Positions 1-9,365 of a stretch of 64,000 bases of DNA are shown here, one piece after another. The position numbers and the translations under genes are program-made. The notes beneath the pieces were generated by a model. That model saw only the letters and a program-made list of their open reading frames with translations, was not told the DNA's origin and searched no databases. The first letter of the stretch is position 1. Each line of letters opens with the position of its first letter. The DNA comes from an uncultured virus (IMG/VR IMGVR_UViG_3300025769_000084) (taxonomy: Duplodnaviria; Heunggongvirae; Uroviricota; Caudoviricetes), in IMG/VR virus record IMGVR_UViG_3300025769_000084. One strand, given 5' to 3'.

Positions 1-128
1 GATCACGAGGTGGAATGTAGCTGCTGTGACGAGATGCAGATCCTCGACAACAGCAACAACTGCATCAAGTCCTGGGCCTGGTGCCCGGATGACATCGACG
101 CCCCCTGCACCTGGAATGAGATCAAGTC

Positions 129-341
129 ATGACCAACGACTTCACCACTGAATCAGCCAAGCGCCGCGTCTGGGCCATGCGTGTCAACGTCGACACCCCG
201 CACATCCTGGACGAGATGGCTGAAGAGCTGGGCTGCTTACGAATCGATGGCGGAGGTTACCTCTCCGGATCGACCGGCGTGCTGCTCGACAAGATCGCCA
301 AGGGCGAGTTCATCATCAAGAAAGTAGGTAACCAGTCATGA
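129..341 (+). CDS. hypothetical early protein
   Basis: 70-aa ORF with ATGA overlaps at both ends and C-ending codon bias. Confidence 0.6.
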   Translation: MTNDFTTESAKRRVWAMRVNVDTPHILDEMAEELGCLRIDGGGYLSGSTGVLLDKIAKGEFIIKKVGNQS

Positions 342-748
342 CCATCCAATCCACCACCGCAACCAAGCCCGCCCGCATTCACTTCGGTGACCAGCTCCAG
401 GAGATCAAGTGGGCACACTCCTCAGGCTGCATGAACCCACCTGCTGATCGCTACTACAGCGAGACAGTCAGGATCTTCCACACCCCTGATGAGGATGATG
501 TCTTCACTGAATACAACTTCTATGTGGTGAAGGAGAACGGCTCTTATCTCCTGATCCTGCGCGAGGTGTTCAACGACCAGGGACACACTGCACCTTGGTA
601 TCACAATGTCGGTGAGTTCAGTGACAACATCGAGACCGTTCGATTAATTCGTAGGTATACACAATGGGCCATGCAAAGTGTCTGCAATGAATACGGATCA
701 CTAGCAGGTCTACCTTTATCTTCTGTTTACAACGAACCAAACCAATGA
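338..748 (+). CDS. hypothetical early protein
   Basis: 136-aa ORF, ATGA-coupled to the upstream gene. Confidence 0.65.
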   Translation: MTIQSTTATKPARIHFGDQLQEIKWAHSSGCMNPPADRYYSETVRIFHTPDEDDVFTEYNFYVVKENGSYLLILREVFNDQGHTAPWYHNVGEFSDNIETVRLIRRYTQWAMQSVCNEYGSLAGLPLSSVYNEPNQ

Positions 749-1004
749 AAACATTCAAAGTTGAACTATCTCCCAAGCTCGAAAGTTCTGATCAACCGCA
801 CCATGTATTCATGACTGTTGCAGAATGTATCGACCTGGATGACTGCATCAATCACATTCATCACAATCATCCTGCACTCCAAATCGAATCAATCAGAGAG
901 GTGCCTAATGACACTGCATGACCTTGAACTTCTCGCTTTACTTCTCAGCCCAGCCATGCTCATGAGTGTGCTGATTCTCTTTACATTTGCCGCCGGAGGG
1001 TGAC

Positions 1005-1166
1005 ATGACCACCAAGCAACAGCTCCAACAGCAACTGAACCACGCACAGGAACAGTTGATGATCGCCGACTCAATGGAAGCCCAGGTCCGCTGGGGCATC
1101 CGCTGTGACCAGCTCGAGGCTGGTATCGAAGACCTCTCCTACAACAGCCAGGAGGCCGGCCAATGA
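1005..1166 (+). CDS. small hypothetical protein (not in ORF track)
   Basis: 53 aa MTTKQQLQQQLNHAQEQ...; GGAGG upstream; ATGA overlap with next ORF. Confidence 0.5.
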   Translation: MTTKQQLQQQLNHAQEQLMIADSMEAQVRWGIRCDQLEAGIEDLSYNSQEAGQ

Positions 1167-1333
1167 CCTACGAAGTGATCCTCGAGGAGCACAACACCTA
1201 CCGGCTCCAGTTCGATGACGAGCAGGAGTTCAGGCAGTGGGAGGAGCAAGGCTCCTGTGTCTCCGACCTCAACTACCAGAACATCATCTTCCAGAAGTCC
1301 AACCACGAGATCAATCCGACCAATGACGACTGA
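1163..1333 (+). CDS. small acidic hypothetical protein (not in ORF track)
   Basis: 56 aa MTYEVILEEHNTYRLQFDDEQEF...; AGGAGG upstream; explains why the N-terminus of track ORF 1215 looks off-frame. Confidence 0.55.
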   Translation: MTYEVILEEHNTYRLQFDDEQEFRQWEEQGSCVSDLNYQNIIFQKSNHEINPTNDD

Positions 1334-1598
1334 GTTCACCTACGCCATCCAGCCCTCCTACCTGATCGAGCTGACGGACCACTGCTATGTCGCATCCCCG
1401 AACATGGAATCAGCCAAGGGCATCGCCTTCAGGCAGGCCCAGGACGACGAAACCGACATGAGCATTTGGAAGGTGCCCATGGGCGGTCAGCCGATGCTTT
1501 GGATGCGGGTTTACTACGAAGACCCGATGAAGAAGCCCGTCGAAAACCCAGGTGACGACGGCGATCTCCTCGCCTACGACTCCAGGGATGTCATCTAA
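1323..1598 (+). CDS. hypothetical early protein
   Basis: start re-assigned to MTTEFTY; strong GC3 bias. Confidence 0.6.
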   Translation: MTTEFTYAIQPSYLIELTDHCYVASPNMESAKGIAFRQAQDDETDMSIWKVPMGGQPMLWMRVYYEDPMKKPVENPGDDGDLLAYDSRDVI

Positions 1599-1662
1599 TT
1601 GCAACAGGTACTTGCACCTATGGCACACCTACGGCAACGTCTGTCGGTCATGACCCAACTGA

Positions 1663-1899
1663 ATGGCTCGACCTCGCAGCACCAAGAAGAAGCGGATGAC
1701 GCGCTTCCGCGTCAACAACAGAGGCGCCTTCGCCAGGCATCTCGCCGCACAGATCGACAGCGAGGGCAACAACCACAACCTGATCGATCCCAACGCCAGC
1801 CTCAGCTCCCCGACCTCCGGCCCCGTGTCCCCGCAGCTCGAACTCCAACGCAAGCTCGACGACGCCAAGGCTATTCGCGATCGTCCAACGCTCTCTTGA
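1663..1899 (+). CDS. small basic hypothetical protein
   Basis: 78 aa MARPRSTKKK...; codon bias favours this frame over 1599..1994. Confidence 0.5.
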   Translation: MARPRSTKKKRMTRFRVNNRGAFARHLAAQIDSEGNNHNLIDPNASLSSPTSGPVSPQLELQRKLDDAKAIRDRPTLS

Positions 1900-2137
1900 T
1901 CATCGTCGGGCTGCTTCACATCCTGACCCTTCACTTCGTTCTCTCCATCCCGTCCCCGCCGCCACTGCCGCAGACCTATGACATCCAAGAATGAAACACT
2001 TGAGATGAAGATCGAGATCATCGACAACCTGTTGCGTAAAACCTATTCAGATGGAAAAGGTTTAGACAGCGGGACCCGATACAGTCTCGAACAACGAAAG
2101 GCTCAGCTCCAGGCACAACTCAAGGTCGCTAGCTGAG

Positions 2138-2431
2138 TTGATGGTCAACCCCAAGGATTTGATGGGCCATGCTTACGACTTGTGGGATCTGGCCTTCTCT
2201 CAGAAAAGCAGAGTAAAGCGCTACACCAAGGACAACTTCCCCGACACTAGACTCACCGTCCGTTGTGAAAAGGCTCCCTGGTTAACGCACTCAAGCTACG
2301 ACACCAATCAGATGATCGACATGGCTTTCGACTTCTCCGAACGCTACCCCGATACATGGATTGATCTTGAGTTCACTGACGACGGTCTCCTTTACTTCTC
2401 TTTCCTCAACGGCTCAATCCAAATCCCATGA
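2138..2431 (+). CDS. hypothetical protein
   Basis: 97-aa ORF, ATGA overlap with next gene. Confidence 0.6.
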   Translation: MMVNPKDLMGHAYDLWDLAFSQKSRVKRYTKDNFPDTRLTVRCEKAPWLTHSSYDTNQMIDMAFDFSERYPDTWIDLEFTDDGLLYFSFLNGSIQIP

Positions 2432-2634
2432 TCAGTATGTACAACATCACAACAATGGACCCCGAAAGCCTCATGTTCTTCTTCGAGGCCAGGATGAAAA
2501 GGCTTCTCAAAGATCCCAAGAACTTCGAGCACTTCACCGATGAACAGATGGACATGATCGAGAACACGATCCTTCCATTCATGCAAGAGATTCTCAACAT
2601 CAAATCAAAGGAGGTTCACTCAGGTCATGCCTAG
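2428..2634 (+). CDS. hypothetical protein
   Basis: 68-aa ORF in a coupled operon. Confidence 0.55.
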   Translation: MISMYNITTMDPESLMFFFEARMKRLLKDPKNFEHFTDEQMDMIENTILPFMQEILNIKSKEVHSGHA

Positions 2635-3235
2635 GTCGAAACACGGTCCCTTCGAGCTACGGCCAGGTGCAGAGCGGTACTACACCAAGCAAGACGTACT
2701 CGACAGAGTCAACTTCTCCAGGGCCACACTCATCCGACGAGTCAGGAACAAGTCGATGCCTGGTCCAGTCGAAGCCAAGGAGATGAACTACGGATACTTG
2801 TTGTGGCTCCGCGAGGAGATCGACAAGTGGCTCGAGCAGCATCCCCAGTTCGACAGGGAAAAGAAGGCAGGCAGCACCAGGAATGATGTCCGGCTTCACT
2901 TCAAGAACGAGGAGATGCACGCGATCAGGCTTGCCTCGCAGTGTGCTCACAACATCGAAGCCGACACTGAGAAATTTATCAAGACAGCGGTACTTCTCTA
3001 TTCAAACCAAGTCCTAAGGCTCACCTATGACGACCTCATCACCCAAGAGCAACGCAAAGACCCGGACCTCAACTTCCTCGAGAACAAAGTCTTGCTCAGG
3101 AAAATCAAAGCCTGGCACGCGAAGCAGACAACAAAACTCAAGCTCAAAGCAGAGCAATTCAAGTTCAGCACAAAGGCTTCAAGCTGGAGACGAAGAGCTG
3201 ACTCAACACCTCATCAATCTGTTCTCTCAAGGTGA
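2627..3235 (+). CDS. AlpA/excisionase-like HTH DNA-binding protein
   Basis: YTKQDVLDRVNFSRATLIRRVRNKSMPGP...W.REEIDKWL fits the AlpA/Xis pattern; GGAGG RBS. Confidence 0.7.
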   Translation: MPRSKHGPFELRPGAERYYTKQDVLDRVNFSRATLIRRVRNKSMPGPVEAKEMNYGYLLWLREEIDKWLEQHPQFDREKKAGSTRNDVRLHFKNEEMHAIRLASQCAHNIEADTEKFIKTAVLLYSNQVLRLTYDDLITQEQRKDPDLNFLENKVLLRKIKAWHAKQTTKLKLKAEQFKFSTKASSWRRRADSTPHQSVLSR

Positions 3236-4106
3236 CAACCCTTGGCAGAAGGACTGGTCGATAGTTCAAGCCCAGGGCAACCATCGCAACCTGGCTACCG
3301 GCACTGAGTATCGCGGCAGCAACCCAGCCATCTTGGAACTGTGGACTGCACTCCGTTGCTTCACACATCCTCTGTGGATTGGTTCCGGCCAGGCCAAGAA
3401 ACATAACTGGCATCCACGCGAAGGTTCGAAGGGCTGCTCGATCTTGATGCCCATCACGGTCTCGTATGACAAGCGGGACGAAGACGGCAACGTGATGAAA
3501 GATGCTGAAGGCAACCCTCTAAAGGCTGGTTTTACATCCTTTAAATACCAAAAGATCTTCAACGTTCAGGACATCCAAGCCAAGGAAGGTGATGAAGAGG
3601 CGAAGCAGCTCCTCGAGGATCAAATCCTGGCTGAGTGTGACAACTACAATCCACCGTCACCTACAGAACGTCTAGAACAAGCTGAGAAGGTGCTCGGCAG
3701 CTGGAAAGTACCGACGACATGGAACGGTAACAAGGCCTTCTACAGCTCCACTGAAGACACGATCACGATGCCCAATCGTGACCAGTTCCACACCAGCGAA
3801 GGCATGTATGCGACCTGGGCACATGAACAGATTCACTCCACAGGACACAGCTCACGCTTGAACCGTCCGCTTGGTGGAGCTAATGGTTCTGAGGTTTACG
3901 CCAGGGAAGAACTTGTAGCTGAACTGGGTGCCTATTTACTTTGCAGAAAATTACAGATCAACAGCAACTCATCGAACCATGCTGCTTATCTGAAACACTG
4001 GATAGGTGTACTCCAGGAGGGACCAGATGTTCTTCGGAAAGTCTTAGGTGACGCCAGCAAAGCAGTCAACCTGATCACTAACCAGCAGGAGGTAAACACT
4101 ATGTAA
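3027..4106 (+). CDS. ardC: ArdC-like antirestriction ssDNA-binding protein with zincin-like C-terminal domain
   Basis: PWQKDW, N.ATG..YRG.N, FNVQ, HEQIHSTGH..RLNR, YAREELVAELGA and YLKHW motifs. Confidence 0.9.
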   Translation: MTTSSPKSNAKTRTSTSSRTKSCSGKSKPGTRSRQQNSSSKQSNSSSAQRLQAGDEELTQHLINLFSQGDNPWQKDWSIVQAQGNHRNLATGTEYRGSNPAILELWTALRCFTHPLWIGSGQAKKHNWHPREGSKGCSILMPITVSYDKRDEDGNVMKDAEGNPLKAGFTSFKYQKIFNVQDIQAKEGDEEAKQLLEDQILAECDNYNPPSPTERLEQAEKVLGSWKVPTTWNGNKAFYSSTEDTITMPNRDQFHTSEGMYATWAHEQIHSTGHSSRLNRPLGGANGSEVYAREELVAELGAYLLCRKLQINSNSSNHAAYLKHWIGVLQEGPDVLRKVLGDASKAVNLITNQQEVNTM

Positions 4107-4153
4107 TTGATCAGAGTGTGCCTCCACTACCAAAGCCCTTATCTATCAACATC

Positions 4154-4606
4154 ATGATTAAATCAACCAAGCAAAACGCAGGCGTAAATCTTCCTCCTGT
4201 TGCATCAGCTACGACAGTCACAGCACCGAAGCGTGGCCGTGGCCGCCCTAGAAAGAATCCTGTCCCGCAGGCTGTACCCACTGCAGATCCGATCATGGAG
4301 ATGGTGGCTAGCTATCGCGACATTCAGAACCAGATCAAGACCCTGAACGATCAGCTCGCACCGATCAAGGATGCACTGACCCGTCACCTGATCGCAGGAG
4401 ATGAGGACAAGATCGAGCTGGCCGATGGCAGCTACATGGTCAGCAAGGTGATGACGGCCCACTGGGTCTACTCCGACAAGCTGGAGGAGAAGCGCACCAA
4501 GATCGAGGAGCAGCGCATCGACCTCAAGGCTGCCGAGAAGAAGGAGCAGCTCAACGGCAAGGCATCAGCCACCTTCACTGCACACGTCAGGGGGAAGGCG
4601 AAGTGA
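4154..4606 (+). CDS. AT-hook and coiled-coil protein
   Basis: KRGRGRPRK AT-hook followed by a heptad region. Confidence 0.65.
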   Translation: MIKSTKQNAGVNLPPVASATTVTAPKRGRGRPRKNPVPQAVPTADPIMEMVASYRDIQNQIKTLNDQLAPIKDALTRHLIAGDEDKIELADGSYMVSKVMTAHWVYSDKLEEKRTKIEEQRIDLKAAEKKEQLNGKASATFTAHVRGKAK

Positions 4607-4791
4607 TCTCCAATACCAACAAACCTTCAATTACGCAGGCTCAACTTGTGCGTCTGTGTGAGCAATTAGATGATGCTTGCTTAGGTAAGACACCTTTCCA
4701 CTGTGCTGATGGCACATGTTCTGATCGGTTGTTCACCACACTCTCAAACGTCATCACCGATTACTTCACCATCGTCAAGGAGGCAAAGTGA
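4603..4791 (+). CDS. hypothetical protein
   Basis: 62-aa ORF with GTGA overlaps at both ends. Confidence 0.55.
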   Translation: MISNTNKPSITQAQLVRLCEQLDDACLGKTPFHCADGTCSDRLFTTLSNVITDYFTIVKEAK

Positions 4792-5312
4792 TGCCACGCT
4801 CTTCAATAGATCAAACCAATGAAAGGATCGAGGAAGCTGCAAACCTCTTATCTGAGGGCTGGCCGGGCCGCCGTATCGTCAAGGAGCTGGCCGACAAGTA
4901 CGAGGTATCAGCACAGTCAGCGCGGTCTTATGTTCGTAAGGGCCGTGAGCTACTGGTTGAAGCAGTTGCTCCTCAGGATCGTGCATTCATGTTTGCCCAA
5001 GTCCTGGCAGGGCTCCAGCAGGATCGTCTCGATGCGAAGGAAGCTGGCAACATCTCTGCTCAGGTCGGCGCCTCAAAGGCGATGGTGAATCACCTTAAGC
5101 AGATCGCACACATCGATCCCATGCGTGACTGGGAGCAGGCTTTTGTTGAAGCTGCTGCTTCCAGATCCAACGGGAAGATTCCACGAGTTCATGTGAAGAA
5201 GCATGGTCAAGAGCTTGCAATGCAGCAGGCACTCGACAACCTAGGCAAGGCAAGCGATCCGATCACAGGTCTGCCTGTAAACGATTCATTTATTGAGGGG
5301 TTCCATGACTGA
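4788..5312 (+). CDS. HTH-containing protein
   Basis: IVKELADKYEVSAQSARSYV helix-turn-helix pattern; GGAGG RBS. Confidence 0.6.
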   Translation: MMPRSSIDQTNERIEEAANLLSEGWPGRRIVKELADKYEVSAQSARSYVRKGRELLVEAVAPQDRAFMFAQVLAGLQQDRLDAKEAGNISAQVGASKAMVNHLKQIAHIDPMRDWEQAFVEAAASRSNGKIPRVHVKKHGQELAMQQALDNLGKASDPITGLPVNDSFIEGFHD

Positions 5313-5712
5313 AGCAACGCCAAAAGGTGGAGAAACCTGGGAAGAGTTTCTTGCTGAAGATGTTGAGTACACCAAGCTCAACCAACAGCGATCAGAGCTC
5401 AAAGGAAACATCCGCAAGTACGAAGGTATGGTCAATGACGTTGAGTGGAGATTGCTGGGAAAACTTGAAACACTTCAGATCATGCGAGGCAAATTCATCC
5501 AATTAGAAGACCAAGGAGAGGATGATTACGTAGCCAGGTTAGAGCGCATTGGAGACGTGATCCATGAGATCGATGAAGATCGCTATGCACTGTTTGAAGA
5601 AGCCGGTCGAGCAGCACGTCACCGAATCGAAATGAAGACTCAGTACGACAGAGTCCACGACCAATGCAATGAACGCTGGAAAGTTGTACGCCAACTGTTC
5701 GACGGCGCATGA
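5305..5712 (+). CDS. coiled-coil hypothetical protein
   Basis: 135-aa charged helical ORF. Confidence 0.6.
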   Translation: MTEATPKGGETWEEFLAEDVEYTKLNQQRSELKGNIRKYEGMVNDVEWRLLGKLETLQIMRGKFIQLEDQGEDDYVARLERIGDVIHEIDEDRYALFEEAGRAARHRIEMKTQYDRVHDQCNERWKVVRQLFDGA

Positions 5713-5717
5713 TCCAC

Positions 5718-5902
5718 GGGGCGGAGCCGGTTAAGTTGCCGACTATCACGCTGCCTTAGACACGCAAGCCACTACTCGGACCATGTGGTGGAACTCGATT
5801 GCCTCTGTCTTAGAGATCCCCAGGTTCCCGTCGAGGAGTGCAGGTGGCTCCATGGGCATGATCCTACATCGGCCTGCATTAAGCGTGTGCTCGTAAGACC
5901 CC
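5718..5902 (+). ncRNA. structured non-coding RNA candidate (possibly manA-motif-like)
   Basis: ~185 nt between coupled genes with nested pairings GGGG/CCCC, GAGC/GCTC, CACGC/GCGTG, CCACTAC/GTGGTGG, CTCGA/TCGAG, TGCAG/CTGCA and a crossing GCCGA/TCGGC; the manA resemblance is from memory only. Confidence 0.6.
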
Positions 5903-5930
5903 TCAACATCCAACCCCAGCTCGAGACCTT

Positions 5931-6221
5931 ATGACCAAACCGATCAACCCAACTGAGAATAGGAAGTTCGAGGTCAACGACAGGGTATGTAAGCGTCCTG
6001 TTCGTAACGCCATCGCCACTCCCAACACACCTGAGATGAAGCCAACTAGGAAAGGCATCATCGTCTCTCGTAAACAAGTCAAGCAGCGCAGCAAGACTGC
6101 TGTTGCTGGTCACGCTCTCCGTTGGCAGAGCGAGATCCGCTGGGACGATAGCGAAAGAACTGACTGGGTGGATGACATCCGAATCATCCACGAAGCTGAA
6201 CTGCAAACCCACCTGAGCTGA
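5931..6221 (+). CDS. small SH3/KOW-like beta-barrel protein, paralog 1
   Basis: KFEVNDRV..RP...GIIV...IRWD...RIIHE.EL. Confidence 0.6.
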   Translation: MTKPINPTENRKFEVNDRVCKRPVRNAIATPNTPEMKPTRKGIIVSRKQVKQRSKTAVAGHALRWQSEIRWDDSERTDWVDDIRIIHEAELQTHLS

Positions 6222-6223
6222 AC

Positions 6224-6502
6224 ATGGAAGCCAAACGCAACTTCGAGATCGGACAGCGCATCGCTGAACGACCCACACGCAGCGTCGGTAACCACAACCG
6301 AAATCCTTGCAAACTAGGCGTGGTGATCGACATCGAGGAGTACAAACTGAAGTCCAAGCGTGCCAAGGCTGGCTTCTCACTTCGAAAGCGACTACATGTG
6401 AAGTGGGATGGAAGATCGGTTGTCGAAAAGGTCGAAGTATTTAGAGTGATCCATGAACACGAGCTCAGCGCAGAAGCTGAACTCGCACGCATGGAGGTTT
6501 GA
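6224..6502 (+). CDS. small SH3/KOW-like beta-barrel protein, paralog 2
   Basis: NFEIGQRI.ERP...GVVI...VKWD...RVIHE.EL. Confidence 0.6.
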   Translation: MEAKRNFEIGQRIAERPTRSVGNHNRNPCKLGVVIDIEEYKLKSKRAKAGFSLRKRLHVKWDGRSVVEKVEVFRVIHEHELSAEAELARMEV

Positions 6503-7146
6503 TGATGAAGCTGGTAGACGCGACCCGTCTTCTTTGGGTTACGCCAGATGCTGAGCGATTGATTGTCAAGACTGCGCGAGTCAGTGCTCCGCAGAACGAG
6601 GACAACTTAGCTACGGGTCCGCGTCTTCTTAAGTACTTGATCAAGCACAAGCACTGGTCACCATTTGAGATGGCAAACATGTGCTTAGAGATCCACACCC
6701 AACGTGACATCTCAGCTCAGATCATCCGTCACAGAAGCTTCTCATTCCAGGAATTCTCACAGCGCTATGCCGAGACAGAACAGGCAAAGATTCCAAAGTT
6801 CCGGCGCCAGGACTCACGCAATCGTCAGAACTCAATTGATGATCTGAACGACGAACAGATCGATCTTCTCGAGGAGCTGACCTACAAGCACATCAAAGAG
6901 GGCTACGAGCTTTATCAAACGATGCTCGAGATGGGCGTGGCCAAAGAAACAGCACGCCGTCACCTTCCAATGTGCAGCCCCACAAGGATCTACATGAACG
7001 GAACACTGCGCTCATGGGTCCACTACATCGATCTCAGGACAGATCCAGGCACGCAGTGGGAGCACCGCACCATCGCCAACCAGGCGAAGATCATTTTCGA
7101 ACAACAATTCCCCGTCATCTCTGAAGCACTCTGGTATGAAGCCTGA
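6502..7146 (+). CDS. thyX: FAD-dependent thymidylate synthase
   Basis: HWSPFE and RHRSFSFQEFSQRY ThyX signature; TQWEHR. Confidence 0.97.
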   Translation: MMKLVDATRLLWVTPDAERLIVKTARVSAPQNEDNLATGPRLLKYLIKHKHWSPFEMANMCLEIHTQRDISAQIIRHRSFSFQEFSQRYAETEQAKIPKFRRQDSRNRQNSIDDLNDEQIDLLEELTYKHIKEGYELYQTMLEMGVAKETARRHLPMCSPTRIYMNGTLRSWVHYIDLRTDPGTQWEHRTIANQAKIIFEQQFPVISEALWYEA

Positions 7147-7540
7147 ACATCTACGTGATCTCACTACGTGTGAGAAGTGCGGGCGCACCGCCAAGGTGAT
7201 TGAAAGTAGGCGCGTCGACATGTCCAACTCGAGGCGTCGACGTTTCGAATGTACGAGCTGTGGCCACAGGTCAACTCGGTATGAAGTGTCAGCTGCTTTC
7301 TACAATCAATCCATTGAGAACGAACGTGTCCTCTACCAGTTAAAACTATATATAGATAAGAAGTCTGGAGTTATAAACAAACACGTCAAAGATTGCAACA
7401 CCTGTGAATACAATGATGGAAACAAGTGCAATCTGGAAGTACCTGAGTTCGCTACAGAGGAAGCAACCAATTGCACGTACTATCAGATTAAGAAGTGGAA
7501 AACGTCCCCTGGGAAACAAAGTTCATCGGCGGCAGCATAG
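7136..7540 (+). CDS. NrdR-like zinc-ribbon protein without ATP-cone
   Basis: CEKCG...VIESR...RRRRFECTSCGHR.T.YE plus a second C-terminal Cys cluster. Confidence 0.7.
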   Translation: MKPEHLRDLTTCEKCGRTAKVIESRRVDMSNSRRRRFECTSCGHRSTRYEVSAAFYNQSIENERVLYQLKLYIDKKSGVINKHVKDCNTCEYNDGNKCNLEVPEFATEEATNCTYYQIKKWKTSPGKQSSSAAA

Positions 7541-7633
7541 TTCTGCTGCTGGTTGTTATCTGCTGGTTCATCTACTACATCATTGAGAACGACGGAATTT
7601 AACCAAACCCTGACATACGTGCTAACTTGAATT

Positions 7634-7716
7634 ATCTTCCGGTTCAAACAATCGTGAGATGCCCTGTCAATGGAAGCAGGTTAGGGAGCGTCAACGCATA
7701 AGCGGCTCCCATTCCA
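7634..7716 (+). ncRNA. small structured RNA candidate
   Basis: follows a GC-TAACTT -10-like box (7621-7628); ATC-GTGA-GAT hairpin, crossing CTTCC/GGAAG and CCTG/CAGG stems, GGGAGC/GCTCCC stem. Confidence 0.4.
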
Positions 7717-7913
7717 AAATAGTTTCGCTTTAGGCGATTTACTTTCGTTTTTGGCCCCCCTATGGATAAGGAGAAGCTAAGAGTAGAGATTCTTGAAAGT
7801 ATCTATGAAGACTATGCCGATCGCGAGGAGCTGCCACACTACGGATTGATCCCCGACTGGTATCTGAGGTACAAAGATCTCAGTAAACTGGTCATCGAAT
7901 ACTTGAACATGCC

Positions 7914-8165
7914 GTGATCAGCTCGATCTTCTCCTTCTTCTTCGCAGCTCTCATGTGGACCCAGGTCCCACAATGGAATGACGACTGGTCAAAGTGTGCT
8001 GTTGATGTACCCGATGTTGATTGCCACTGGTACATCGTCGACCCTGACAACACTTTTGGTGTTGGGTATGACAAAGAGTCCGCGCCACTGTTTAGTGTCG
8101 AAGGTCTTTATGACATCAGCAAGTTGAAAAATACTATAAAGAAACTACAAGACAAGGTTGTCTAA
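7914..8165 (+). CDS. hypothetical membrane-anchored protein
   Basis: hydrophobic N-terminus; CAVDVPD..CHWYIV motif. Confidence 0.6.
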   Translation: MISSIFSFFFAALMWTQVPQWNDDWSKCAVDVPDVDCHWYIVDPDNTFGVGYDKESAPLFSVEGLYDISKLKNTIKKLQDKVV

Positions 8166-8190
8166 AATGGACAGATTGAGAATGTGACAA

Positions 8191-9132
8191 ATGCCAATAG
8201 GTAACTATTTCACTGCTAGGCCTTTTGATAACCCGAGCGCAAGAACATTTGAGGGAGATCTAGCAAACGTTATTGATGCAACTACAGGCGCAGCGGCAAA
8301 GGCACGTCCATTCCTAAAAAACTTCGTTCAAAACCTCAGCGGACAACAGCAAGAGATGCTCGGCTCTGCAATGAACATTCTGCCAACGTCTGTAAATCTT
8401 CTTGGGCGTTATTACACGGGTCTTGGAGACACTAACTTATCTTTCGGTGATAAATATCAACAAGACCTCGGCACAAAAGTAAAAGAAGCCCATAGAATGG
8501 CCGCCTTTGAGCGATTCAAGTTAGACCAGGCAGAAGAAGATGCAATGATAGGAATTAAAAGTGCTGAAGAAAATCTCAGAGCAATCGAGGCGGGTGAACC
8601 ACCCACAATGTTTGGACGACCCATTACCGCTGAACAAATGAAATTACAAAGAAAAGCGGCAAATGATTTTTTAGCTGAAACACGTACTCGAATGAAAAAA
8701 ATGGATGAAGGACTCATCCCGTTTATGTCTGAGGCTGGCACCGACAAGGGCAATCCTCTTACATCAAGCGGCACTTCACTTGGAAGTGCTTACTTCAGGC
8801 CAAATCCAGATGGTAGCTATACGACTGAGAATGAGACTTACGATTTCAACTACGCCGATGCTGATCGAAAGAAAAAAGAAAGCGGCAATTTTTACGGACC
8901 CTTCTCTGCTGAGATGGAATATCGGGAGCCTGATCGGCCTTCTTTAGGCTTCGCAAGAACTGCTGCCGAAGCATTTTTAGGGAGACAACGAGAATTCCCC
9001 GGCATGGGCGGTCAAAAACACTCGATGAAAGACATCGCAGGAGCTTCTGGAATCACAAACATCGGTAGATCTCTTGTGAGCAGGTTTGCGGACGAACCAT
9101 TTGATTACAGCCTGACGGTCCGCCCAAAATAA
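8191..9132 (+). CDS. hypothetical protein with FLxxF motif (possible internal virion protein)
   Basis: 313-aa ORF, Gly/Ala/Met-rich, contains PFLKNFV. Confidence 0.65.
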   Translation: MPIGNYFTARPFDNPSARTFEGDLANVIDATTGAAAKARPFLKNFVQNLSGQQQEMLGSAMNILPTSVNLLGRYYTGLGDTNLSFGDKYQQDLGTKVKEAHRMAAFERFKLDQAEEDAMIGIKSAEENLRAIEAGEPPTMFGRPITAEQMKLQRKAANDFLAETRTRMKKMDEGLIPFMSEAGTDKGNPLTSSGTSLGSAYFRPNPDGSYTTENETYDFNYADADRKKKESGNFYGPFSAEMEYREPDRPSLGFARTAAEAFLGRQREFPGMGGQKHSMKDIAGASGITNIGRSLVSRFADEPFDYSLTVRPK

Positions 9133-9143
9133 TCAATTAATTC

Positions 9144-9365
9144 TCAATCCACCTCAGGACCTCGGTAGTAGAAGAACTTACTGTCCTCTCGTTCCTTAGC
9201 TGCGATCTCTGCACCAGCAAGTTTAGAGAGGTGCTCCATCACCTTGAGAGTGTCCTCGACTGAGGCCCAGTCAGGAAGACGGCTATGCACCTCATCGAAC
9301 AGGGGGAACCACTTGTCTGCGAGTTCCTTGATTTCTTCGAGGGTGATGGGCTGGCCACGTTTCAT
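9144..9365 (-). CDS. hypothetical protein
   Basis: 73-aa helical ORF whose ATG directly follows the upstream stop. Confidence 0.6.
   Translation of the reverse strand: MKRGQPITLEEIKELADKWFPLFDEVHSRLPDWASVEDTLKVMEHLSKLAGAEIAAKEREDSKFFYYRGPEVD

Noticed and set aside
5772..6380. Long antisense or alternate-frame ORFs (e.g. 5772..6380, 20763..21362, 27946..28419, 53717..54235)
   Set aside because: Shadows of well-supported genes on the opposite strand, with no motifs of their own
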